Source of the DNA: Octopus bimaculoides
Taxonomy: Eukaryota
Direction of reading: 5' to 3'
Length of the DNA stretch: 45,374 nucleotides
Assembly (NCBI RefSeq): GCF_001194135.2
Contig: NC_069000.1
Location: 8,133,650 to 8,179,023, forward strand
Below, in pieces: positions 13,054 to 23,845 of the stretch (position 1 is the first letter of the stretch; every line of letters begins with the position of its first letter). Made by a program: the position numbers and the translations under genes. Below the pieces are notes generated by a model. It was not told the origin of the DNA and searched no databases. It saw only the letters and a program-made list of their open reading frames with translations.

Positions 13054-13162
13054 TAACAACAAACAAGAGGAGGACAAATATCCGTCAAATGTAAATAATG
13101 TAATGTACATAATTCCTCATCTCCTAAATATAGAACTGTATAGCTACAGTGTATACATATAA

Positions 13163-13412
13163 ACCTGGGCACTAGATCTACACACCCATTGCACTCCAGC
13201 ATTACACCTTGAGTACTAGATCTACCCCAACATAACAGCCTGGGTACTTGATCTACCACCACAAACACCCAAGGTGCTTGATTTACTCTCGCATATTATC
13301 CTGGGTACTAGATCCACCCACATGTAAACCTGGGTACTAGGTCTATCCTCATGTAATCCCCTGGATGCCAGCTCTACCATACCCATGTAATATCCTGGGT
13401 GCTAGATCAGTC
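13163..13412. repeat. ~30-bp degenerate minisatellite (cctgggtactagatctac...)
   Basis: About 8 diverged copies of the motif. Confidence 0.7.
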
Positions 13413-13469
13413 CCGAATCATCCACATGTGGGACTCCTCTCATCATGCACATGTAGGGCTCCCCTTCAG

Positions 13470-13850
13470 AACATTCACAGAGGTTATTTATTCACAACGT
13501 TGTTCCACATCTTCCTGCATCTCCCTATTCCACAAATCCTGTCCATTTCCAGTGATTGACACTTCTTTTTGCGACAGTTTTCATTCCTTCTGCATCACAT
13601 GTCCATACACAGTCAGTCTCTTGCACACTATATCTGATTCCTTTTATGCCTAGTCTTTCGCTCAACACACTTGCACTTTGTCATACATGCACACTGATGC
13701 GCAACATTTAGCAGAGCGTATTAGCTTCATTTCTTTCTAGCCTTCTGTATTCTCTGCATTCATGGCTCACATTTCGCTATCATGTAGCATTTCAGCTTGT
13801 ATATCATACAATCTGCCTTTCAATCTGCGAGAGAAGCCTTTTGAATCCCT
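13470..13850 (-). mobile_element. Degenerate RTE LINE 3' ORF fragment
   Basis: LKGRLYD...MLHDSE...RLERNEAN...SVH...LGIKGIRYSVQE...YGHVM, with frameshifts. Confidence 0.75.
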
Positions 13851-13902
13851 GCTAATTAGATTAGTATGTAATAGCTATCTGAATAATAATAGTAATGTTT
13901 TT

Positions 13903-13983
13903 CTAATCTTGGCACTAGGCCAGAAATTTGAGGGGAGGGGATGCCAATTACATTGACCTGAGGTGCTTAACTGGTACTTATTT
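13903..13983 (-). mobile_element. SINE family B 3' fragment running into a gap
   Basis: 'tcttggcactaggccagaaatttgagggg...aactggtacttattt'. Confidence 0.6.
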
Positions 13984-14166
13984 NNNNNNNNNNNNNNNNN
14001 NNNNNNNNNNNNNNNNNNNNNNNNNNNNNNNNNNNNNNNNNNNNNNNNNNNNNNNNNNNNNNNNNNNNNNNNNNNNNNNNNNNNNNNNNNNNNNNNNNNN
14101 NNNNNNNNNNNNNNNNNNNNNNNNNNNNNNNNNNNNNNNNNNNNNNNNNNNNNNNNNNNNNNNNNN

Positions 14167-14197
<31 letters not shown>

Positions 14198-14237
14198 TAA
14201 TAATAATAATAATAATAATAATAATATAATAATTCTG

Positions 14238-14460
14238 GTTTTATTGGCCACAAGGGCTAACATAAATCAAAAACATGTAAGGACAAACACAGGACGAAGA
14301 GTACAAAGGGTTTTGCCCAAAAGAATGGTCTGTGTAAACATTAATAACAGCGAAAAATATAACAAATAAAACTCCCAATAGGGGGAGGCACTTAAAAGGT
14401 TACACATGGAAAGACCCATAAAAACCACGGGAGCCTGGTTAAAAGGGGTACAGAGCCCCT
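14238..14460 (-). mobile_element. Probable L1/Tx1-type LINE 3' end
   Basis: Ends in 'tagcccttgtggccaataaaa' (AATAAA-containing) next to (TAA)n; the family assignment is inferred. Confidence 0.4.
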
Positions 14461-14584
14461 TTTCCTTTTATATTACCTTTTTTTTTTACAGGTGTAACCT
14501 CAGAATTGGTCCGTTCATACTGACCATTTTACTGACAGTCACCCACCTTTCAATAAATTTACTATGAGACAGCACTTCCCTCTC

Positions 14585-14639
<55 letters not shown>

Positions 14640-15083
14640 CCTTTTTACTATAGGCACAAGGGCTGAAACTGGGGGGAGGGAGATAGTCGATTACATCGAC
14701 CCAGTATGCAACCGGTACTTAATTTATTGACCCTGAAAGGATGAAAGGCAAAGTTGACCTCGGCAGAATTTGAACTCAGAATGTAAAAGACAGACGAAAT
14801 ACCGCTGAGCATTTTGCCCAGCGTGCTAACATTTCTGCCAGCTCACCAGCTTTTTAACAAAACCTGGGAGATATTCTTTTCTACTCTAGGCACAAGGCCT
14901 GAAATTTTTGGGGAGTTGGGGGGCAGTTGATTAGATTGACTTCAGTACGCAACTGGTACTTAATCTATCGACCCTGAAAGGATGAAAGGCAAAGTCGACC
15001 TCAGAACTCAGAACATAGCGGCACACAAAATACCGCTAAGCATTTTGTCTGGCATGCTAACCATTCTGCCAGTTCATCACCTT
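14640..15083 (-). mobile_element. Two SINE family B copies in head-to-tail tandem (14640-14850, 14871-15083)
   Basis: Each has the A-box head, B box, 'gataaattaagtacc' core and 'cttgtgcctag' tail. Confidence 0.8.
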
Positions 15084-15139
15084 GTTTAAAGAAAGAAAAA
15101 TAAATATATAATGATAGTAGTAATAATAATAATAATAAT

Positions 15140-15572
15140 AGGGCTGATTGTTACCTATCTCAGATACCGGGAAATCCAGAAATGAAAGAAATTCAAAAAA
15201 TAGTGCTCGTAGGAACTGTTCATGTCCTACGTAAAATATTGTGTATGTAATTCCAAAAACATTTTAATCTGTAAACATTGTCAAAATACTTTTGAATGTA
15301 CATAATAGCAAACACCTTTTACTGTCATCTTAACGTCAAACTATTATCTTTTAACTAAATTACTTTTAAACAAATTACTTTTAAAACAAATTTCTAATTA
15401 ATTTAAGTTTTTGGCAGACATTCTCTAGAATAGTATTCTGTGCAAAATCAAAAATATGGCATCCTAGTCATAACACCAACTTGAACTTCTAACTTGTTGT
15501 CTCTTGAGGTCGCTGGGTGAGACTTGGAGTCAACTTGTACAAATACAAAGCAAAAGCCAAACATATAATAAT
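15140..15572 (+). mobile_element. 5'-truncated R4/Dong-like non-LTR retrotransposon 3' end inserted in (TAA)n
   Basis: The ORF end SQIPGNPEMKEIQKIVLVGTVHVLRKILCM* (stop at 15248-15250) resembles the LQKxxLLGTAxILRxxL terminus of R4-clade elements; (TAA)n on both sides. Confidence 0.6.
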
Positions 15573-15583
15573 AAAAGTAATCG

Positions 15584-15760
15584 TCCTTTCAGTGAGGGAG
15601 TAAGTCGATTACATCGACTCCAATTGTCAACTGGTACTTTTTCATTGACCCCAAAAGGATGAAAGGAAAAGTTGAGGGCAGTGGCATTTGAACTCAGAAT
15701 GTAAAGGACAAAATACCACTAAGCATTTTGTCCAGCATGATAATACTTCAGCCAGCTCAC
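15584..15760 (-). mobile_element. SINE family B copy
   Basis: Same core and head as the other copies. Confidence 0.7.
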
Positions 15761-15811
15761 TTTTCTTTTAATCGTAATGTTTTCCCAAATAAAACTGTAT
15801 GTCGCTTTTGA

Positions 15812-15893
15812 AGCGCTGATGAAGCTATAAAGTGATACACAAGCACTCAACTATGAGTGCTTTTCATTTTTCTAGCAGAAACAACTGTAAGCT
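15812..15893 (+). ncRNA. Hammerhead-like motif with an expanded stem II (HHR-2)
   Basis: CUGAUGA(15816)-A-GCUA...UAGC-A-GAA-ACAACUGU-A-agcu. The stem II loop contains an 8-bp hairpin AAGCACUC/GAGUGCUU; stem III is one mismatch from the palindrome ACAGCUGU; stem I has a mismatch at its base. Confidence 0.55.
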
Positions 15894-17049
15894 AATGAAT
15901 TATAAAACCTGACGAAAACGGAAGATTCATCAAGAAAGGAGCAACATAATTCAAGAAGGAGTGTGATATTCCAGAAACCTGACTGAGAGAAATTGAGGTG
16001 ATAACCATTGGCACCAAATGGGTGAAACACAAAGCAAAGCACCAAGAGAAAACAAACTTCAACTGCAAAAAATCTGGGAGGACAAAGTTATGTTCCGATC
16101 ATACCGGAATCAACTTTGCCCTCCTGGGGTCACTGAATATGTCATACAAGTTGTAAACAGAGATCAATGTAATATAAAAATCACTTCTATAGAAATGTGT
16201 TCACATCATCATCATCATCTACAGCAGCAGTGGCAGCAGCACCACTGCTGTTACTACCAATATCACCACTTGCTCTTGTTTAGCCCCAGGAATGGTCTAA
16301 ATAGGCTGAACCACAGCCAAATGTGTTCCAACTTAAGTAGTCTCATCTTTTCAGACATAGAGTGTTCAGGACACTGTTGCCCGATGTGTCCTGCTTTGGT
16401 TAAGACTGTAGTATGTAACTTAAGTGAGATTGGACTGCTATTTCTAGCAAATAAGGTGGTAAATTACAAAGCTTCATTGTTTTGTTCTAGTAATTGTTGT
16501 TGAGGAAGATGGAGCGGAAGGTAGAGTGTTGGGGTAGATGTGTGGGTGTGTTTGTTTATATATGCAGGTGTGTGTGTGTGTATGTGGGGGCATGTAGTGT
16601 GTGTGTGTATGTGTGTGGTGTGTAGTATGTGCATGGTGTGTAGTATGTGCGTGGTGTGTAGTATGTGTGTGGTGGGTGTAGTGTGTATGTGTGGTTAGTA
16701 GTGTGTGTGGATGCATATATGTGTGCATGTGTGAGTGATATATGTATGTGTGGTGTGTGTGTGTGGTGTGTAGTGTGTATGTGTGTTTAGTATTGTGTGT
16801 GTGTCTATGTGTGAGTGCATATGTGTATGTGTGGTGTGTGGTGTGTAGTGTGTATGTGTGGTTAGTAGTGTGTGTGTATGTGTGAGTGCATATGTGTATG
16901 TGTGTGTGTGTGCATATGTGTATGTGTGTGTGTATGTGTGAGTGCATATGTGTATGTGTGTGTATGTATGTGTGTGTTTGGTGTGTAGTGGGTATAAAGC
17001 TATGATGAGATTCTGCTCATGTTATAGCAAGTCTTGCACATGTATAGCA

Positions 17050-17211
17050 ACCTACAACTGTATCATCACCATCACCATCACCATCACCACCACCACCATG
17101 GTCATCGTCATCATTATCATCACCATTACCACCACCATCAGCGTNNNNNNNNNNNNNNNNNNNNNNNNNNNNNNNNNNNNNNNNNNNNNTGTCACCATCA
17201 TCATCATCACT

Positions 17212-17243
<32 letters not shown>

Positions 17244-17315
17244 GTCTTTGGTACATCATCCTCAGTCACCCTCAAACATGACAATACCATCATTTACAAG
17301 TCAGCTCCCCACCCC

Positions 17316-17365
<50 letters not shown>

Positions 17366-18410
17366 TAACAATGACAATAGCAAAAACAACGAGAACGAGA
17401 CCACGGAATCAGCCATGATAACGCTATACTGTCAGGCTGTAGAGTGTCTGCTACTACAACAGACTACTGCAGTGGTGGTCGTGGTGGTGAGGCAGCATCT
17501 GTTGCATTGCAATAGCAACAGTTGGCACTGGAGGCAGCAACTACAACAGCAGTAACAACAGCAATGGCAACAGCAGCAGCAGCAGCAGCAGCAGTAACAA
17601 CAACAACAACAGTAACAACAAAAACAACAACAACAACAACAATAGTAATATTAGCAACTGCAGCCATAACAAACACAAATACGATACATACACCACATGC
17701 ATACGCCACTACCAGCAGCATCACCACCATCATACCATCACTGCCACCATCATACTGTTACCATTACTACCACCATACTACTACTGCCACCATCATACCA
17801 CTATCATCACCACCATCATTCCACCACTGCCACCACCATACTGTTACTGTCATCACCACCATACTGCTACCATCACCACCATCATACCACCACTGCCACC
17901 ACCATACCGCTACCATCACCACCACCATACCGCTACCATCATCACCACCATACTGCTACAATCACCACCATCATACCACCACTGCCACCACCATACTGCT
18001 ACCATCACCACCATCATACCACCACTGCCACCACCATACTGCTACCATCAGCACCATCATACCACCACTGCCACCTCCATACTGCTACCATCACCACCGT
18101 CATACCACCACTGCCGCCTCCACCACCACCGCTATCATCACTATCACTATCACCACTATCACCATGCCATTACCACTACCACCATACACTACCACCACCA
18201 TAATCCCCACCCAGCATTACCACTATACTGCTTAAAACCACACTAACATTAACATTGTACTATCAACACCATACCATCATCATCATCACCACTATCATCA
18301 CCACTATCACTACTACTACCATACCACTGACACTGTATCACCACCACCTCATGTCCCTTGCCACCACCATACCCTCCCAATACCATCACAGTACTACACT
18401 ACCACCAACA
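17050..18410. repeat. Compound (CAT/CAC/CAA)n simple repeat with a 43-bp higher-order unit at ~17700-18130
   Basis: ccatactgct recurs at 17991, 18034 and 18077. Confidence 0.8.
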
Positions 18411-18412
18411 CT

Positions 18413-18570
18413 GGTGAGGATAGTGGTGGGGGTAGGAGCTTGCTTACCAACCACATGATTCTGGGTTTAGTCCCACTGTGTGACACCTTGGGCAAGCGTC
18501 TTCTACTATAGCCTCAGGCCGACCAAAGCCTTGTGAGTGGATTTGGTAGACGGAAACTGAAAGAAGCCTG

Positions 18571-18572
<2 letters not shown>
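18413..18572 (+). mobile_element. SINE family A tRNA-derived head ending in (TA)n
   Basis: '...ccaaccacatgattctgggtttagtcccactgtgtgacaccttgggcaag...ggaaactgaaagaagcctgtc' is shared with 22860, 27355 and 32425. Confidence 0.75.
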
Positions 18573-18609
<37 letters not shown>

Positions 18610-18735
18610 NNNNNNNNNNNNNNNNNNNNNNNNNNNNNNNNNNNNNNNNNNNNNNNNNNNNNNNNNNNNNNNNNNNNNNNNNNNNNNNNNNNNNNNNNNN
18701 NNNNNNNNNNNNNNNNNNNNNNNNNNNNNNNNNNN

Positions 18736-18773
<38 letters not shown>

Positions 18774-19347
18774 TTACAAATACGGGTGTTTCCGTCATTG
18801 CATATACAAGTTACAGCATAACTGGTTTTATATATATATATATATATGTATATAAATTTTGGGTGAGTTATTTCCTTTGGCTAGTTAAAGCAGGAAAGGT
18901 GTAAACTGATAGAAGACGGAAGGCCTTTTTAAATGTGAATAAGGAATTAGTGGGAACAACTAAAAGGAAATGTGTAGAAAAACAATCAGTGAGTTGAAAA
19001 TATAAAGTATCAAAGCGTGTTTTATCATAAAGTGTAGTGAGATCAAATTGTGTAATGGTTGGTTAAGATTAATGAGAGAAATTGACGAGTGATTCAGTCT
19101 GTGAATTGAAACCATGATCTCAGGATCATGAGTGCAACACTCAAGATCACGAGGACAACATATACACAGCGTAATGAAATTATTCATTCTATTAAATGTA
19201 TTATACTCTTCTATGTCCCATTTGGCATTGAGTTCTCTATTCATGGTGTAGATTTTTTTCTATTCCTATAGATAATCCCTCGTATTTGTAATGGAACAGA
19301 ATATGTGAAAGCAATAACTAGTCAGGAATTATAAAGGTCAATATTAC

Positions 19348-19359
19348 CTTATATGTAAC
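19348..19359 (-). CDS. Candidate 12-nt phase-0 microexon (VTYK) of the Nav2 gene
   Basis: 'ttatgttgtatgcttctgtatttctcag|GTTACATATAAG|gtaata': good polypyrimidine tract and donor, frame-preserving, ~1 kb downstream of the MDE exon. Sequence signals only. Confidence 0.3.
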
Positions 19360-19582
19360 CTGAGAAATACAGAAGCATACAACATAATCCTTCGAAATAT
19401 ACCATTATTCAAAAAAGACCCAAGAACATGAAAGAAGCATATGACTCTCTCAAAATAATTAAATGCAAAAGAGAAGCAAAAATCCCCCAAAATAATTATT
19501 TAGCAGCACTATGGAATCAGCCCTAGTTTTATTGAAGGCACATTGTATGAATTCAAAGCTGAATGAATATTTACTGGAAAGA

Positions 19583-19732
19583 TTTCTACCTAATTTCTAT
19601 CCACCTGTTGAATCACAAGGCTTGGGTTGGCCCTAGGCTATGGTAAAGGCTCCTTCTTGAGCTATGAAACAGAGGGATTGAACTCAGGACCTTGTGATTG
19701 TGAAGTGAACTTCTTAACCACTCAACTATGTG
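19583..19732 (-). mobile_element. Diverged SINE family A head
   Basis: 'cacaaggcttgggttggccctaggctat...gattgaactcaggaccttgtgattgtgaagtgaacttcttaaccac'. Confidence 0.55.
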
Positions 19733-19847
19733 TCTGTACATACATTCATACAATTCTAGGTCTGTGTGTGTATACAGACGCTATACACACACATATGTGC
19801 ATGCACATATGCGTGAACACACATACATATGTGCGCAGATACACACA

Positions 19848-19889
<42 letters not shown>

Positions 19890-20323
19890 CACATACATAC
19901 ATACAGAGGGGTTAGAGACAGAGAGAGACAGACTGACAGACAGACTGAATGAGGGAGAGAGAAAGACAGAGCACAAGAGAGAGATTTGCTGTATAAAATT
20001 AAAAAAATAATTCAGAGTCATTAAGAGCTCAATAAATGAAAGGTTGTTAAACCTCAACACATTACTACATTGCAGTAAATCCAAGTGGGACCGACTTGCA
20101 TGTATATTCATAATCAGCTAAAACAATCTTTAAGAACAACATGTTTAGAATAAAATGCTGAAAAGCATACTTTCACATGCAGTTCATACTTTGTGTTCAA
20201 CAGCTGTTTCTTTAAGATAAACATCATTAATTGTATAATTACATTATTGCAGTCATTAATTAATTTAAATTAAATTAATTAATTTGTAATTATAAATAAC
20301 TACTTAGTAAGTGTTCATCTTAC

Positions 20324-20657
20324 CTCATCCATAATATTATGCTCAATCTCTTGCAGAGGAATCCCATACAAATCCTTAGAGAGTGGTCCCACACATTCAG
20401 GTAAGACTTTCCGATGAGAGATTTTTGGCTGACGAACTAGCCGTGAAGAACAACGATGTTGATTGGTTTTATTCTGTTTGCTTTGATGCACAACAGCATC
20501 AGTACTGCACCTGCTACTGGTGTTGCAGTCCAATGCATTTTGAGACAACCATGCAAACCTGGTTGTGTTGCTTCTCGCTTCGGATGATCTTTCACATCCG
20601 TTTGGTTCACTGTATTTGATAAAGACGTATGTCTGGCGGACACTTTCTTCATTCGTG
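20324..20657 (-). CDS. Nav2: Coding exon (334 nt, phase 2 in, phase 0 out) for the N-terminal cytoplasmic domain of a voltage-gated sodium channel alpha subunit, Nav2/DSC1(NaCP60E)-like
   Basis: Acceptor 'gtgtttcttggtctattttcag|C' at 20657 and donor 'GAG|gtaaga' at 20324, with an open frame throughout: TNEESVRQTYVFIKYSEPNG...SRLVRQPKISHRKVLPECVGPLSKDLYGIPLQEIEHNIMDE. The C-terminal 30 aa align without gaps to the Nav N-terminal motif as I recall it (DSC1 VLPRKFEPFPEHMYGKPLEEIDTFIYEE-TF; vertebrate [32 protein letters not shown]). The phase-0 intron falls just before the expected TF motif, as in vertebrate SCN genes. The alignment is from memory and needs BLAST confirmation. Confidence 0.85.
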
Positions 20658-21035
20658 CTGAAAATAGACCAAGAAACACAGAAGTTGTTTAAAGAAGAAA
20701 CTTCAAGAAGCTATGAATATAAATCTAGGAGCTGAATAATAAAGATACTAAATACATCAAGGGCCAAGTAAATAAATTATTTATTTTAAAAAAATAAAGG
20801 GATGAAGTGAATTAGGGATCATAATAGTTTAGCGAATAGATTGATAAATTACAGTTTAATAAATAGTGAAAACATAATTGGGAGTTGGATGAAAAATTAG
20901 GGTTCAAAATGATTTGAGGATCAAAATGAATTTATGACCAAGATGAATTAGAGATCAAGATGAATAGGAATCAAAATTAGGGATCAAAATGGATTAGAGA
21001 TCACAATAGATTAGAGATCAATACAAATTAGGGTT

Positions 21036-21391
21036 GAAGGTCAACTTTGCCTTTCATCCTTTCAGGGTTGATAAATTAAGTACCAGTTGCATACTGGGGT
21101 CGATCTAATCAACTGGCCCCCTTCCCCAAAATTTTGGGCCTTGTGCCTAGAGTAGAAAAGAATATTTCATTTTACTAAGGCGGTGGGCCGGCAGAAACGT
21201 TAGCATGCTGAGAAAAATGCTTGGTGGTATTTTGTCTGTCTCTATGTTCTGAATTCAAATTCTGCCAAGGTCAACTTTGCCTTTCATTCTTTCAGAGTCG
21301 ATAGATTAAGCTCCAGTTGTATACTGGGGTTGATCTAATCGACTGGCCCCCTCCCCAAAATTTCAGGCGTTGTGCCTAGAGTAGAAAGAAT
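21036..21391 (+). mobile_element. Two SINE family B copies in tandem (21036-21163 truncated, 21177-21391 full length)
   Basis: Shared core and the 'ccttgtgcctagagtagaaa' tail. Confidence 0.8.
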
Positions 21392-22107
21392 CTTGTTTAA
21401 AGTGAACAAAACTTGTGTACCATCAACCTCACTCACTCGTCTGTGACCATCGTCAGTTCAGTGGCAAGACAAAGTCAAGTTGTCTGGGAATGCAGTGGAT
21501 GAACCCAATAACTTTGTATGCTTCATCTCTGCACTCCACACTATGTCACTGTGGCTGTCTTTCCTTCTATTGAACCATGAAGGTTTTCTTTTCCATAGAG
21601 TCTCCGGGATCAAGTCTTTACATGCATGGATAGGTAAACCTTGATATGCTAATTAATCCATAACTGGGACATTGAGAGGTATTAATATTCCAGGTTAGAA
21701 TAGACCTCAGAACAATAGAAGCTAAAAGGTTGTTCCATACCCCTCAAAACCCTGGAATTTCTGAACCAGAGTCCCATTATCGGATGCATTTTTAAAGTCC
21801 TAATTAGGTCGTTCTAAAGTCAATCATTATAACCCCTCTTTAAACCCTTACTCTAACACCCATGACAAATCACCAAACACCTCTTTAAACAAAAAAGACA
21901 GGCAAATCTATAGAAGGAAAAAAACTTACAAAAATAAAATATTAAAAAACAAGAAAAGAAACAGAGACATTTATATTTCCTTCATGCCAGATTTAGCCAC
22001 CAGGGGGCTCTAAATTGATGCACTCTAAAAACTATTTGGTGTAATCATATATTGTGTAGGTGTAAGAAATGACAATAATGGTATAGGTATTGATGTTGTT
22101 GCTGTTG

Positions 22108-22139
<32 letters not shown>

Positions 22140-22859
22140 GGTGGCGGCGGGGGTGTTGCTGTTGTTGTTGTTGTTGTAGAGTTTGATAGTGTAGCTGGCT
22201 GGCAGTAATTAAGATGAATTCATGTTTTNNNNNNNNNNNNNNNNNNNNNNNNNNNNNNNNNNNNNNNNNNNNNNNNNNNNNNNNNNNNNNNNNNNNNNNN
22301 NNNNNNNNNNNNNNNNNNNNNNNNNNNNNNNNNNNNNNNNNNNNNNNNNNNNNNNNNNNNNNNNNNNNNNNNNNNNNNNNNNNNNNNNNNNNNNNNNNNN
22401 NNNNNNNNNNNNNNNNNNNNNNNNNNNNNNNNNNNNNNNNNNNNNNNNNNNNNNNNNNNNNNNNNNNNNNNNNNNNNNNNNNNNNNNNNNNNNNNNNNNN
22501 NNNNNNNNNNNNNNNNNNNNNNNNNNNNNNNNNNNNNNNNNNNNNNNNNNNNNNNNNNNNNNNNNNNNNNNNNNNNNNNNNNNNNNNNNNNNNNNNNNNN
22601 NNNNNNNNNNNNNNNNNNNNNNNNNNNNNNNNNNNNNNNNNNNNNNNNNNNNNNNNNNNNNNNNNNNNNNNNNNNNNNNNNNNNNNNNNNNNNNNNNNNN
22701 NNNNNNNNNNNNNNNNNNNNNNNNNNNNNNNNNNNNNNNNNNNNNNCTTCTTCCTCGCCTCCATCAAAATACTCTTGTTAGTTTAGAAATATACTTTGCA
22801 TGTGTGTGTGTGTATGTACATATAGATATATACATAAATGTATATAAATATATATATAA

Positions 22860-23017
22860 CAGGCTTCTTTCAGTTTCCAGCTACCAAATTAACTTTCAAA
22901 GCCTTGGTTCACCCGAGGCTATAGTAGAAAACACTTGCCCAAGGTGCCACGCAGTGGGACTGAACCCGGAACCATGTGGCTGGTAAGCAAGCTACTTACC
23001 ACAAAGCCACTCCTGTG
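22860..23017 (-). mobile_element. SINE family A head, abutting a plus-strand family A tail (23018-23070)
   Basis: Matches 18413-18572 in reverse complement. Confidence 0.75.
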
Positions 23018-23449
23018 CTCCAGCATGGCCACAGTTAAATGACTGAAACATGTAAAAGAGTAAAAGAGTACACACAAACACATACGCACACACACTCACA
23101 AATAGATAGATAAATAGATAGATAGATGGATAGACATATACATGTACATATAACATTCGCATTGATATAGCTTACTGTCTTCTCCTTTCAAAATATTTGT
23201 AATAATTCTGCGTGTGCACGTGTACATGCATGGACACACACACACACACACATGCTTAGACACATACATATATGCCTGTATGGAATCTGACACTTGCTAG
23301 CATTGAAAACAGGCGTTAAACGATGATAAACATTTTATTTCATTTTATTTTACTGAAAAAAAGTAAAAGACAAAGGATGTATGCATACACGTTATGTACA
23401 TATAAATATCTATATACTTGCATGCATAGATATATATGTACATACACAT

Positions 23450-23490
<41 letters not shown>

Positions 23491-23845
23491 CATACATAAT
23501 ATACACAGACACACTAGTTAATGTATGTCTATGAATTGAATATGTATATATATATACATATATATATATATATNNNNNNNNNNNNNNNNNNNNNNNNNNN
23601 NNNNNNNNNNNNNNNNNNNNNNNNNNNNNNNNNNNNNNNNNNNNNNNNNNNNNNNNNNNNNNNNNNNNNNNNNNNNNNNNNNNNNNNNNNNNNNNNNNNN
23701 NNNNNNNNNNNNNNNNNNNNNNNNNNNNNNNNNNNNNNNNNNNNNNNNNNNNNNNNNNNNNNNNNNNNNNNNNNNNNNNNNNNNNNNNNNNNNNNNNNNN
23801 NNNNNNNNNNNNNNNNNNNNNNNNNNNNNNNNNNNNNNNNNNNNN

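Larger units (their letters stand above)
12579..13137 (+). mobile_element. tRNA-headed SINE-like element with a Penelope-type hammerhead tail, preceded by an inverted copy of the tail (fold-back)
   Basis: Layout: inverted arm 12590-12732, (TTA)n, tRNA-like head 12804-12876, (ATA)n, forward arm 12958-13101, short 3' tail. Flanked by the 11-bp direct repeat GTATAGCTACA (12568-12578 and 13138-13148) and inserted in a 53-bp minisatellite. Confidence 0.8.

Noticed and set aside
16018-16503. 161-aa plus-strand ORF
   Set aside because: No recognisable domain, includes a (CAT/CAG)n stretch and lies antisense within the presumed Nav2 intron.
17522-18235. 237-aa Thr/His/Pro-rich ORF
   Set aside because: Simple-repeat derived; the underlying period is 43 bp and all frames are similarly open.
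22045-22227. Poly-Q/His frame between the two Nav2 exons
   Set aside because: Pure (CAA)/(CAC) microsatellite running into a gap, with no splice signals seen.
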